Assembly: GCA_033763455.1 (NCBI GenBank)
Contig: JANRKO010000002.1
Span: 1 to 63,803, forward strand
Direction: 5' to 3'
DNA from: Polyangiaceae bacterium
Lineage (GTDB): Bacteria > Myxococcota_A > Polyangia > Polyangiales > Polyangiaceae
Length of the DNA stretch: 63,803 nucleotides
Shown piece after piece: positions 37,236 to 45,701 of this stretch (positions are counted from its first letter, which is position 1; every line of letters starts with the position of its first letter). Below the pieces are notes generated by a model. The model saw nothing but the letters and a program-made list of their open reading frames with translations. It was not told the DNA's origin and did no database searches. The position numbers and the translations under genes are program-made.

Positions 37236-37360
37236 CCGGCGCCTCCAAGGTACGCAGTGACTTGCTTCCGCTCTGGACTCGCGACCACAAACCGAGCGCA
37301 TGTCTCACCTACTTGGTTGCAAACCCATTCCCGAACATCATGTATAGCCCGGCGGACACC

Positions 37361-37714
37361 GCGCGTCACAAGGCCTCAACTCGTAGAAAGTCTGCCACTT
37401 GCCTGGCGCGGATAGCCATCCGGAGTATCTCTGGACGGCACGGGAAACAAAAGCCAACGGGCCGCGATGTAACGCTCCCCATATCTTCTAATGGAAATCT
37501 GGTGCCGAAGAATGAAGCGGGCGAAGGCGCCACGTCATGCAAGGGATCCCGCCCCCACCGTGTACCCCACCTGGTTCCCCACGGCGGTCGCAGCTAACGT
37601 CGCACCTGCTGGCGAAACCACACGTCGCTTCCCGTACGGCGTGTACCAGTAACGCTCGGCAAGCTGCCCGCTAGAATTCGTGATTGCCATCACGTGGCAA
37701 ATCCGATTCTGGTG
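37361..37714 (-). pseudogene. Degraded orphan RHS core/C-terminal module 3
   Basis: Own translation HQNRICHVMAITNSSGQLAERYWYTPYGKRRVVSPAGATLAATAVGNQVGYT is near-identical to modules 1 and 2; the GRYHD...GRF segment is deleted and the frame shifts before GRDP. Confidence 0.85.
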
Positions 37715-37719
37715 ATTGA

Positions 37720-37864
37720 ATGCTCCTCAAAAGGATGCGAAAAAGCAAGGCCGGCCGTGCTCGCTGGCTCCGCGCGGCCGAGCCCCTCATCACCGGCTTT
37801 GCGCGGGCGGTGACTTGCGGTGATGTACGGACCTCCGCGCTGCGCGCGGTGGAGGGGGCTGAAC
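37720..37864 (-). repeat. ~145 bp inter-module repeat, copy 2
   Basis: Aligns end to end with 38948-39091 (shared GGCCGGCCGTGCTCGCnGGCTCCGCGCGGCCGAGCCCCTCA and TCCGCGCTGCGCGCGG). Confidence 0.9.
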
Positions 37865-37890
37865 CTCACCTCCACCACGAACGGATGCAC

Positions 37891-38154
37891 CTACCGCACT
37901 TGCACGGAGGGTCCCGCCGAGGCTCCAAAGAAAAGGAGCAGCACGACCGCGAGGATGATGGTTCCTGATACGCCCGTAACAATCCCCGCATTGGCGAACG
38001 CTGTATTCGGAGAACAACTTTGGTCTGCCTTCGCGCGCCCCCGAGCTATGAAGCCCAAGACCACAGCAACAGGCCCACTCACACCGATGAGAAGGCTTGC
38101 CATGCCCAATATCAGGGATAGAGTCCCTAAAGGATCTGTATCGCGTTTTCTCAT
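37891..38154 (-). CDS. Small two-TM protein (DUF4190-like), candidate immunity for RHS module 2
   Basis: LSLILG...AVVLGFIARGR...ANAGIVTG pattern; ATG overlaps the TGA of the RHS orphan (ATGA). Confidence 0.75.
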   Translation of the reverse strand: MRKRDTDPLGTLSLILGMASLLIGVSGPVAVVLGFIARGRAKADQSCSPNTAFANAGIVTGVSGTIILAVVLLLFFGASAGPSVQVR

Positions 38155-38942
38155 GGCTTCCGGCAAGGGCATTGAAGGCTCAGGCTCTCCGTATAAAGCT
38201 TACGGGAGTATGTGCCCAGAATCAACGTCGTATTAACGTAGATATCTACCGCCAAGTCAACAACAAAGGCCACCCCGGGACACCCATTCTCCAGCGTGCA
38301 TGCCTCAAACTGACTTGAGTTGCGGTGCACTGCTGAATTCCAAGTCATCAACCCAAACCCCTCGACCGCTGCCCCAACGGAATGAAAGCCGCTCCAGGCT
38401 CCTCCCGAAATGTTTGCGCTTTCGTATCCAGGTGCGCACGTATAAAAAAACGTAAAATCATACCTTGCTGTCTCCAGGCCTGTTACAGCATCAATCACCG
38501 GTGCATGTCTCGCCTCTCTGCTCGCTCCTTGAAAGGAAGCCTTAAGTGCCGAAAGCGAAGCGCCACCATATTCTCCGGTTGCAGTTTGGTTCCCGCTCGG
38601 GTCAGTGAATCGGGGAACAAAGTAGCTACCGTAAAGCGATGCCCCATCCACGTAACCAATGGGGTCCCGCCCGACAAACCTCCCCAACTCCGCATCCATA
38701 TACCTCGCCCGGAAATACGTCAGCCCCGTCTCGCCGTCATGGTACCTCCCCGTGAGCCCTACCTGGCTCCCAACAGCGCTCGCAGCTAACGTCGCACCAG
38801 ATGGCGAAACCACACGCCGCTTCCCGTACGGTGTGTACCCGTAACGCTCAGCTAGCTGCCCGGGGGAATTCGTCATCGCCATCACGTGGTAGGTCCGATT
38901 TTGGTGATAGTACCGAGTGCCGGTGCTGGAGACCAGGGCCAT
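38151..38942 (-). CDS. Orphan RHS core tip plus variable C-terminal domain (module 2)
   Basis: ERYGYTPYG, TGRYHDGETGLTYFRARYMDAELGRFVGRDPIG, PRFTDPSG cleavage motif, then a unique C-terminal domain; GAGGAG RBS before ATG 38942. Confidence 0.88.
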   Translation of the reverse strand: MALVSSTGTRYYHQNRTYHVMAMTNSPGQLAERYGYTPYGKRRVVSPSGATLAASAVGSQVGLTGRYHDGETGLTYFRARYMDAELGRFVGRDPIGYVDGASLYGSYFVPRFTDPSGNQTATGEYGGASLSALKASFQGASREARHAPVIDAVTGLETARYDFTFFYTCAPGYESANISGGAWSGFHSVGAAVEGFGLMTWNSAVHRNSSQFEACTLENGCPGVAFVVDLAVDIYVNTTLILGTYSRKLYTESLSLQCPCRKP

Positions 38943-38947
38943 TCTTG

Positions 38948-39091
38948 ATGCTCCTCGAAAGGGCACTAGCTTCACGGCCGGCCGTGCTCGCAGGCTCCGC
39001 GCGGCCGAGCCCCTCAACGCCGGGCTCGCGTTGGCGGTAACTTGCGGTGGTGTACTGATTTCCGCGCTGCGCGCGGCGGAGAGGGCTGCAC
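38948..39091 (-). repeat. ~145 bp inter-module repeat, copy 1
   Basis: Aligns with 37720-37864; ends in the GAGGAG that precedes the orphan ATG. Confidence 0.9.
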
Positions 39092-39112
39092 TGGCAACCT
39101 GAAAGCGAGCAA

Positions 39113-39949
39113 CTAACGCGCATGGTCTGGCGGAAACGGAACTTGTCGCGCCCCCTCCTTGAGAGACAACACCCAACGAACCCAGAACGGCCCCAGTATA
39201 GCGCCAGCAATACCGACCAGCACGAGCCACAAGGGCGGCAATGTAACTGATTCGCTGCCGACGGGCTCGATCAATACGGGGACATGCCTCACAGCAGCAG
39301 CACCGTTGAAGACAATATGCCCAAAGATCGGGAGCCAAAGTGACCCAGTTCGGACGCGGAGCCACCCCAACAACAAACCGGCAGCCACCGCTCCAACTAA
39401 TTGCGCGGGAAGCACATGACTGACGGCGAACCCAGCCGTCGAAAACACGATGGCTCGGTTAGCAGAGTACCGTTTGCACAACGCACCAAGCAGCCCGCCG
39501 CGAAAGAGCAATTCTTCAATTACCGGGCCCACGAGAACGAAGCTCAGTAACGTGGGAAGCGGATCCGGAAACGCCCTGGCGAGTAGGTCGTCAAACCACG
39601 ATGGGAAGAGCCCAAGCACCGTAGCCCACTGTACCCACGCGGCGTTCAATATCGAGAACCCAATGGCCGTAATTGCCACTGGCACGGCCACACGTGAGTC
39701 GAATTCCCCCAAGGGAACGAGCGCGCTTGCTGGCAGCGAGGACCACCGAGCGACCAAACGGAGGCAAATAAGGGTTGCAGCCACTTCAGCCACGAGGCCT
39801 CCCCAGGATGCAACAACTTCGCCAAACACCGACAGAGGGATGTTGGTTGCGACCCCAATCAGTGGCCAGAGCACCACCACGAGCCACATCCTCCAGAAAG
39901 AGATTCCGATCGCGGTAGCCCCGCTGGAGGTTACATCGTTGGCACTCAT
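39113..39949 (-). CDS. CPBP/Abi (CAAX protease type II) intramembrane protease, candidate immunity for RHS module 1
   Basis: EELLFRG, FAVSH and HIVFN motifs intact; multiple TM segments. Confidence 0.9.
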   Translation of the reverse strand: MSANDVTSSGATAIGISFWRMWLVVVLWPLIGVATNIPLSVFGEVVASWGGLVAEVAATLICLRLVARWSSLPASALVPLGEFDSRVAVPVAITAIGFSILNAAWVQWATVLGLFPSWFDDLLARAFPDPLPTLLSFVLVGPVIEELLFRGGLLGALCKRYSANRAIVFSTAGFAVSHVLPAQLVGAVAAGLLLGWLRVRTGSLWLPIFGHIVFNGAAAVRHVPVLIEPVGSESVTLPPLWLVLVGIAGAILGPFWVRWVLSLKEGARQVPFPPDHAR

Positions 39950-39974
39950 CTAGCAGCGTGGACTACGCATACTC

Positions 39975-41690
39975 CTAGTTTGTGCACGTAAAGTAAGGCA
40001 CCGAATCGTAGCGACATCCGCTAGTTGCTTCCCCAGAGGGTACCCACTGGTTAAACTCGTTGCAAGTCTGAACTTGACGCCACACTTGCTCCCCTTGGAC
40101 AGGTATTCTCTCCGGAGAGCACTCTTTCTTGGAGTTGTCGTAACAATACACAGTGCACGGAGCCTGCCTTGTAATTATTCCGGATGTTCTGACCTCACCT
40201 TTGGTGCATTCGCCAAACAAATAATCTTTCAGGTAGGCTAAGCCAAGCGCCTTGAGGGCTGCTTTACCACCTTCTCTAACAGCCCAGCCCTGCCACTGCT
40301 CGCCCGTCGGGTCCACATTTGCCGGAACAAAGTAAGAACCGTAAAGCGAGGGCCCATCGACATACCCAATCGGATCCCGCCCCACAAACCTCCCCAACTC
40401 CGCATCCATATACCTCGCCCGGAAATAGGTCAGCCCCGTCTCGCCATCATGGTACCTCCCCGTGAATCCCACCTGGTTCCCAACGGCGCTCGCAGCTAAC
40501 GTCGCACCTGCTGGCGAAACCACACGACGCTTACCGTACGGTGTGTACCCGTAACGCTCCGCAAGCTGGCCGCTAGAATTGGTCATCGCCATCACGTGAT
40601 AGATCCGGTTCTGGTGATAGTACCGAGTGCCGGTGCTGGAGACCATGGCCAAAGGCTCATCAATATACGTCCCATACACGTAACGGCGCTTGATTGTTCC
40701 GTTTTCGTATTCGGCGATGATTTGGTCGCCGTCGTGCACGAACACCGTAGAAAGGGTTCCCACGGCCTTCTTGAGGCGCCTGCCAAGGACGTCGTACTTG
40801 TATTGGCCGCCCGCTAGGCCTGGGGCCGTGCTGGCGGAGCTCAAGCGATTCTCGACGTCCCACACGAGCGCTTGGCCGTTTTGGTTCAGGACCAGGTTGC
40901 CCTTGGCGTCGTGGTTCAGGGGCACCTGGGGTGTGCCGCTCTTGGTGAGGGTTGTTATCTCATGCACGGAGCTGTGGGTGCGTGTTTCCGCGACGCCATC
41001 GCGCGTGGTGCTTGCCCAATTGCCGACCAGCGAGAGGCTCCAAGATTGCGTTTGCAATGGGCTTGCTGTCGGGCCTCGCTGAAACGCGGTTAGCCTGTCC
41101 TCCACATCATACCCGTAGGTCAAGCCTTCTGCGGGCAGGAGCGGATTCGCTTCATTCGTAACCCGCTTGTTCGCGTCGTAGGAGTAGCTGAGCTGATTGA
41201 TTCCGGGAGTGGTAATGGTCGCCACCAGATTATCTGGACGGTAGGTTCGCGTTTCTACCAAGGCGTTGCCGAATGTAGTGCTCGTCAAGCGCTGACCTGC
41301 GTCGTAGACCCTTGTGGCAAGCAGAGTTGTTCCCAACTTCGCGGTTTTTAGCTGATTGCGATCCGTGTACGTGCGAGCACTGACCGATCCGTCAGGGTAG
41401 GTGATCGATGTTTTTCGGTTTGCGGCATCGTACGCGTAACCCACCGTATAGTTGACGTTATCCACCCGTTGCACTTCGCTTACGATCCGATCGCCCGCGT
41501 CATAGCTGCGGGTTACCGAGGTGCCGTAGCGGCCGCTCGTTGCGTTCGTTAGGCGCGAATCGGCATCGTAGGTGAGCGTATCGTTCAAGCCATCAGGGTA
41601 GGTCCGCCCAACGAGCCGGTTGGCCGCGTCAAAGGCATACCCCTTGAAACAAATCCGTACCAGCGGTGACGCGCACGTGACTTTGTTCAT
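39975..41690 (-). CDS. N-terminally truncated RHS/YD-repeat protein with a Cys-rich C-terminal domain (module 1)
   Basis: Repeated YDAxxR YD units, RHS-associated core and PANVDPTG; no signal peptide, PAAR or 5' core. Confidence 0.9.
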   Translation of the reverse strand: MNKVTCASPLVRICFKGYAFDAANRLVGRTYPDGLNDTLTYDADSRLTNATSGRYGTSVTRSYDAGDRIVSEVQRVDNVNYTVGYAYDAANRKTSITYPDGSVSARTYTDRNQLKTAKLGTTLLATRVYDAGQRLTSTTFGNALVETRTYRPDNLVATITTPGINQLSYSYDANKRVTNEANPLLPAEGLTYGYDVEDRLTAFQRGPTASPLQTQSWSLSLVGNWASTTRDGVAETRTHSSVHEITTLTKSGTPQVPLNHDAKGNLVLNQNGQALVWDVENRLSSASTAPGLAGGQYKYDVLGRRLKKAVGTLSTVFVHDGDQIIAEYENGTIKRRYVYGTYIDEPLAMVSSTGTRYYHQNRIYHVMAMTNSSGQLAERYGYTPYGKRRVVSPAGATLAASAVGNQVGFTGRYHDGETGLTYFRARYMDAELGRFVGRDPIGYVDGPSLYGSYFVPANVDPTGEQWQGWAVREGGKAALKALGLAYLKDYLFGECTKGEVRTSGIITRQAPCTVYCYDNSKKECSPERIPVQGEQVWRQVQTCNEFNQWVPSGEATSGCRYDSVPYFTCTN

Positions 41691-41723
41691 CTTAAGGTCA
41701 CGTCTTTAGTCAGCGAGTGACAG

Positions 41724-42584
41724 TCACCTTGCGTCGACCTCTCCCGAACTCCGCGCGCGGATCTCACGTTCCTCTTCGCCCAGCTTGCCGATCTCTGCCA
41801 TTACGCGCTCGGCTATCTGGCGGTGTTGTTTGGGGCCAGGAGGCTCAAGGAAGAGATCCGAAAAATCGATCGGGCTGCCGAACACCACGTGAATGGGGCG
41901 GCCATTTCGAGCAAAATTGCTGGTAATCTGCTTGGGCAAATCGTTGATCAGCCCGTTCACGAAGACGGGCAGCACGGTCACTTTCGACTCCGCTATCACC
42001 TTGCCCACGCCGCGCTGGGCGGGCAAAAAGGTGTACGGATCATCATCCTTCTTGCGAGTGCCCTCAGGGTGCAGTCCTGCGAAAATGCCCCCACGCCTGA
42101 GTAGCCACGCCAACTCCTCCAAGCTCGTGAGGTTAAGCGCCAACTGCTTTCGCTCGCGAAAAATCGGCGGGTACATGGCGAAAAAGCTCATGATGCCGTT
42201 CACCCACAGGCCCAAACGCGAATCGTAAAAGAACTTGGAGCGCACAGGGAAAACGATGCGATGCGATAGCCCGCGGCGCACAAGCTCCGCTGTGACCACG
42301 TACATGTCGAAGAAGCTGCGGTGGTTGGAAACACACAGGTAGCTTTGATTCAAGCGCAGCGGAGGCAGCCGCTCGAGCCCGTGCACGTGGCGGAGATGAC
42401 GCGTACAGTAGTGGATCCACGTGGAACCCAGGCGCCGTTGACACCAGCGGATCAACGCCTGGCGCCAGCCGGGCTCGAATGTTCGACGCACAAACCCAAT
42501 TTGCGCCCGCTCCAGGCGAGTTAGGCGCGTGCCAGAAGCAGCCACGATATCAGGGCGAGGATCAGCACTTCCAGTTTCAGTCAC
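41724..42584 (-). CDS. Lysophospholipid acyltransferase (PlsC family)
   Basis: SNHRSFFD (NHx4D) and HPEGTR motifs. Confidence 0.88.
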   Translation of the reverse strand: MTETGSADPRPDIVAASGTRLTRLERAQIGFVRRTFEPGWRQALIRWCQRRLGSTWIHYCTRHLRHVHGLERLPPLRLNQSYLCVSNHRSFFDMYVVTAELVRRGLSHRIVFPVRSKFFYDSRLGLWVNGIMSFFAMYPPIFRERKQLALNLTSLEELAWLLRRGGIFAGLHPEGTRKKDDDPYTFLPAQRGVGKVIAESKVTVLPVFVNGLINDLPKQITSNFARNGRPIHVVFGSPIDFSDLFLEPPGPKQHRQIAERVMAEIGKLGEEEREIRARSSGEVDAR

Positions 42585-42632
42585 GGTTTGAGAAGAGCTC
42601 CTTAGTGCTCGCGACCGAAGAGATCTAGCTTC

Positions 42633-43889
42633 TCATCGGATGCGCGCCTTTTCAAAGAATGCACGAAAGGAAAAGGCCGAGCCGCTCATCAACAGGCCCG
42701 CCCGAAAAAGCCGAGCCCCAAGCGCCACGGAAAGCCACGTGCACAGGCCGAGCACGGCCGCCGACCCAAAAAGCTCCCAAACGCCCACTTGCCCATTCGT
42801 AAGTGAGAGCCGGAGCACCATCGCCACAGGTGAAGTGAATGGGAACCAAGACAGAAACCTCGCCAGCGACCCGTTGGGCTCGGAAAGCAACACCCCGATG
42901 AGCATCATGGGCAACACCACGGGCGAAGCCCAAATCATCGCGTATTGCTGGCTCTCACGCGTGTTACTCCCAAGAGAACCTGTAGTTAACATCAGGCTAC
43001 CAATGAAGAAGTACCCCAGGGGGACGAACAAGAGCCCGGCTAGCAGCCCGAGCCACGGCACTTCTACTCCTAAAGAGGCCAGCGCCAATGCTGCGGCGGC
43101 AACTCCACCTGCAAGGAAAATCGCCCAAAATGCGAACTGCACGAAACCCGCCAGGCCCAAGCCCAAGAGCTTGCCCGCGAAGATTTCGTCAGCACGAGCA
43201 CACGCAAGCAGCACCTCAATCACTTTGTTCTCCTTCTCAACCCCGAGCCCCTGCAACAGGTAAGAAGATGTTCCCAAAAGCGCCAACATGAGGAGCAGAG
43301 CCACGAGCAAGGGAGCCAAGAGCCGCGCCAGTTGCGCGTCCGAATCAGAAGCCTCCGTGTGCCCAACGCTTGAAACGGAGAGTGTGCGGCGTTCAATCGA
43401 AAGCGGATCAAGCACTCGGCGGCTGAGCGCCGGCTCCAAGCGATTCGCCAGCAGCTCTGCGCGAAGGAGAGTGCCCAGCCGCTCCTCGGCTACCTTCGCG
43501 GAAAGCTCCTCCAGCGGATCTGTGCCCAGCACCAAAAGGCGCACGCGCCCGGCAGCAAGGTAGTCAGACGGGAGCACGAAAACCCCGGCAACGCGTTCTG
43601 CTCGCAATGCCTGCTCCGCCTCTGCTTCTGACCTCAAAGACACAAAGCGCACATTAGGGTCACTTTGCTGGGCAAACATACCAGCTACCAGGGCCGAGTG
43701 GTCGACCACCGCGTACGCGCGAGCGGCATGGGTTCGCTTGCTGAACGCAGCCCCCTGCAGCGCGCCCGTGCCCAACACTAGGCTCCCGACGAACAGCGGC
43801 ATAGCTAGCGTTACCACCCAAAACGACCAACGCGAAACCACTGAGAGGAACTCAAAGCGGGCCACGGCTAAGACCTTCTGCCACTGCAT
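42633..43889 (-). CDS. ABC-2 type transporter permease (NatB/YhaP-like)
   Basis: VARFEF, VEKENKVIEVLL...IFAGKLLG, FPFTSPVAMVLR. Confidence 0.88.
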   Translation of the reverse strand: MQWQKVLAVARFEFLSVVSRWSFWVVTLAMPLFVGSLVLGTGALQGAAFSKRTHAARAYAVVDHSALVAGMFAQQSDPNVRFVSLRSEAEAEQALRAERVAGVFVLPSDYLAAGRVRLLVLGTDPLEELSAKVAEERLGTLLRAELLANRLEPALSRRVLDPLSIERRTLSVSSVGHTEASDSDAQLARLLAPLLVALLLMLALLGTSSYLLQGLGVEKENKVIEVLLACARADEIFAGKLLGLGLAGFVQFAFWAIFLAGGVAAAALALASLGVEVPWLGLLAGLLFVPLGYFFIGSLMLTTGSLGSNTRESQQYAMIWASPVVLPMMLIGVLLSEPNGSLARFLSWFPFTSPVAMVLRLSLTNGQVGVWELFGSAAVLGLCTWLSVALGARLFRAGLLMSGSAFSFRAFFEKARIR

Positions 43890-43892
43890 CGG

Positions 43893-44825
43893 CTAGCTCC
43901 TCCTGCCTTCTACGGCTCGCACAAAAACGTCCTCAAGGGTGACCGATTCCGGCACAAATCCCTCGATGCGCAAACCCGAGGTAACCAGCCAGTTCAAGAT
44001 TTCGTGCCCTGGCACCGGGCGTACCAACGCGAGCACCCAATCGCGCCCGTCGGGTGCGCGGCGCACAGTGAGTGGACCCAAGCGATCATTGGCGCAAAGC
44101 TCACTGAGGTCGTCCGGCGAGGTGACGCGGAAAGCCCGGGCATGATGAGCGCCGAGTACGTTTGGGAGTGAGTCGGAAATCAACACTTCCCCACGATCCA
44201 GCAGGGCAACGCTATCGCACAGGTCTTCGACTTCATTCATCTGGTGGGTGGAGAGAATGGTTGCCCTACCAAGCGCCCGCTGCTCAGAAATAATGGTTCG
44301 TATCTGGCGGAGGTTGATCGGATCTAACCCAGAAAATGGCTCATCTAGAACGTAGAGTTCAGAATCACCCATAAAGGTTGCCACCAACTGCACTTTCTGG
44401 CTCATCCCTTTGGAAAGCTTCTCCAAGGGATGATTCGCCACCTGCAACAGAGAGACGCGTTCAAGCCAGCTGTGGGCGCGCTCCTTGGCCAGCTTGCGCG
44501 TTTGGCCCTTGAGGGTGCCAAGGTAAACCAGAACATCCATCACGGATTGCTTACGGTAAAGCCCACGCTCTTCGGGGAGATACGAAACGCGATCAAGGGA
44601 TGCTCGACACAATGGCTTGCCAAAGAGCTCAACGCTTCCCGCATCCGGGCGAACAATATCCATCAGGATGCGAATGAGCGTGCTCTTGCCTGCCCCATTC
44701 GGCCCCAAAAGGCCCAACACTTGACCCGCCCGCAATTCAAGATTGAGCCCCTTGAGGGCACGTACACTTCCATAGCTCTTCTCAACGTGGCGAAAGCTGA
44801 GGAGCGGCGACACGTCTTTTGGCAC
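43893..44825 (-). CDS. ABC transporter ATP-binding protein (YhaQ-like)
   Basis: GPNGAGKST, YLPEERGLY, LSKGMSQKVQ, LDEPFSGLDP, STH. Confidence 0.92.
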   Translation of the reverse strand: MPKDVSPLLSFRHVEKSYGSVRALKGLNLELRAGQVLGLLGPNGAGKSTLIRILMDIVRPDAGSVELFGKPLCRASLDRVSYLPEERGLYRKQSVMDVLVYLGTLKGQTRKLAKERAHSWLERVSLLQVANHPLEKLSKGMSQKVQLVATFMGDSELYVLDEPFSGLDPINLRQIRTIISEQRALGRATILSTHQMNEVEDLCDSVALLDRGEVLISDSLPNVLGAHHARAFRVTSPDDLSELCANDRLGPLTVRRAPDGRDWVLALVRPVPGHEILNWLVTSGLRIEGFVPESVTLEDVFVRAVEGRRS

Positions 44826-44828
44826 CTT

Positions 44829-45614
44829 TTAGGCTTGAGGGCTTTCAAAGACGACGTCGAAGTAGCCGGGGGCCGGCACGACCCCCTCGACGCTTTCAAA
44901 GAAGAAACTCGAAATCGCCTGTCGATCAGCTGCCGCATCTGCCAAGTGGAGGCGCACCACCCAATGTGGCTCGAGATCGCGTTCGGCATTGAAGCAGAAC
45001 GAAAGCGCGTAACCTGTGAGCACCGGAAATTTCGTGACGAGGGACTGCACCTTAGACTCGAATGCAGCCGGAGGTTCCGAGGGGCCTTCGGCCACAAGCG
45101 TGCCCTCTTCATCCGACGGCAAGAATTCACCCACATAGCCGACCAATGGAATGGCGGTGCGATTGACGATGCTCGCAACCTCCGCACGCCGCAACACTAG
45201 CTCAGAAGCGTGGCCCGGATTGATCACGAGGCCCTTCACATCTTTGTTGTCCAGAACGTCGAGCGCCATGTGCAGCGCCTGTAGGGCCGGCGTGGTGCAG
45301 TAGCGGACGTCTTGCCCTGGGTTTTCGCTCGCCATCGCCGTGAAGATCCCCGCCTCCGAAAACACAACGAAAAAAGCGCCGCCCTCCGGGTCCATCAAGA
45401 GGTACGGCGCGATTTCGACCGACTCGGTCAGCTCCACTTTCTCGCCCTCCGGCATCTCGGGAAGATCCTTCGCGAGCGGGATCACGAGCTCGGCCCTGGC
45501 CAGGGCCTCAATAAGCCCTGCGACATCGCTCCTTAGCCCTCGTTGGGCCAAGGCAAGGCGTTCGGTGAGCGCTTCCCCAGGCATCGGCTCGGACTCGGGC
45601 GTGATAGCAACCAT
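44829..45614 (-). CDS. SseB-family protein
   Basis: LARAELVIP...PYLLMDPEGGAFFVVFSE...GLVINPG...LRRAEV pattern, with an SseB_C-like second half; start uncertain. Confidence 0.65.
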   Translation of the reverse strand: MVAITPESEPMPGEALTERLALAQRGLRSDVAGLIEALARAELVIPLAKDLPEMPEGEKVELTESVEIAPYLLMDPEGGAFFVVFSEAGIFTAMASENPGQDVRYCTTPALQALHMALDVLDNKDVKGLVINPGHASELVLRRAEVASIVNRTAIPLVGYVGEFLPSDEEGTLVAEGPSEPPAAFESKVQSLVTKFPVLTGYALSFCFNAERDLEPHWVVRLHLADAAADRQAISSFFFESVEGVVPAPGYFDVVFESPQA

Positions 45615-45701
45615 CGACACCTTTGGTACCGCCCTCTTCGGGCATCGGCAAGGCGGAAACCCTTTCACCAAAAGGCCCGCGCCTGCTATCGAACAGGGCC
45701 C

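Noticed and set aside
38943..39365. 5' extension of the 404 aa RHS ORF in the track
   Set aside because: It overlaps the CPBP gene and the non-coding repeat; RHS homology and an RBS begin at 38942.
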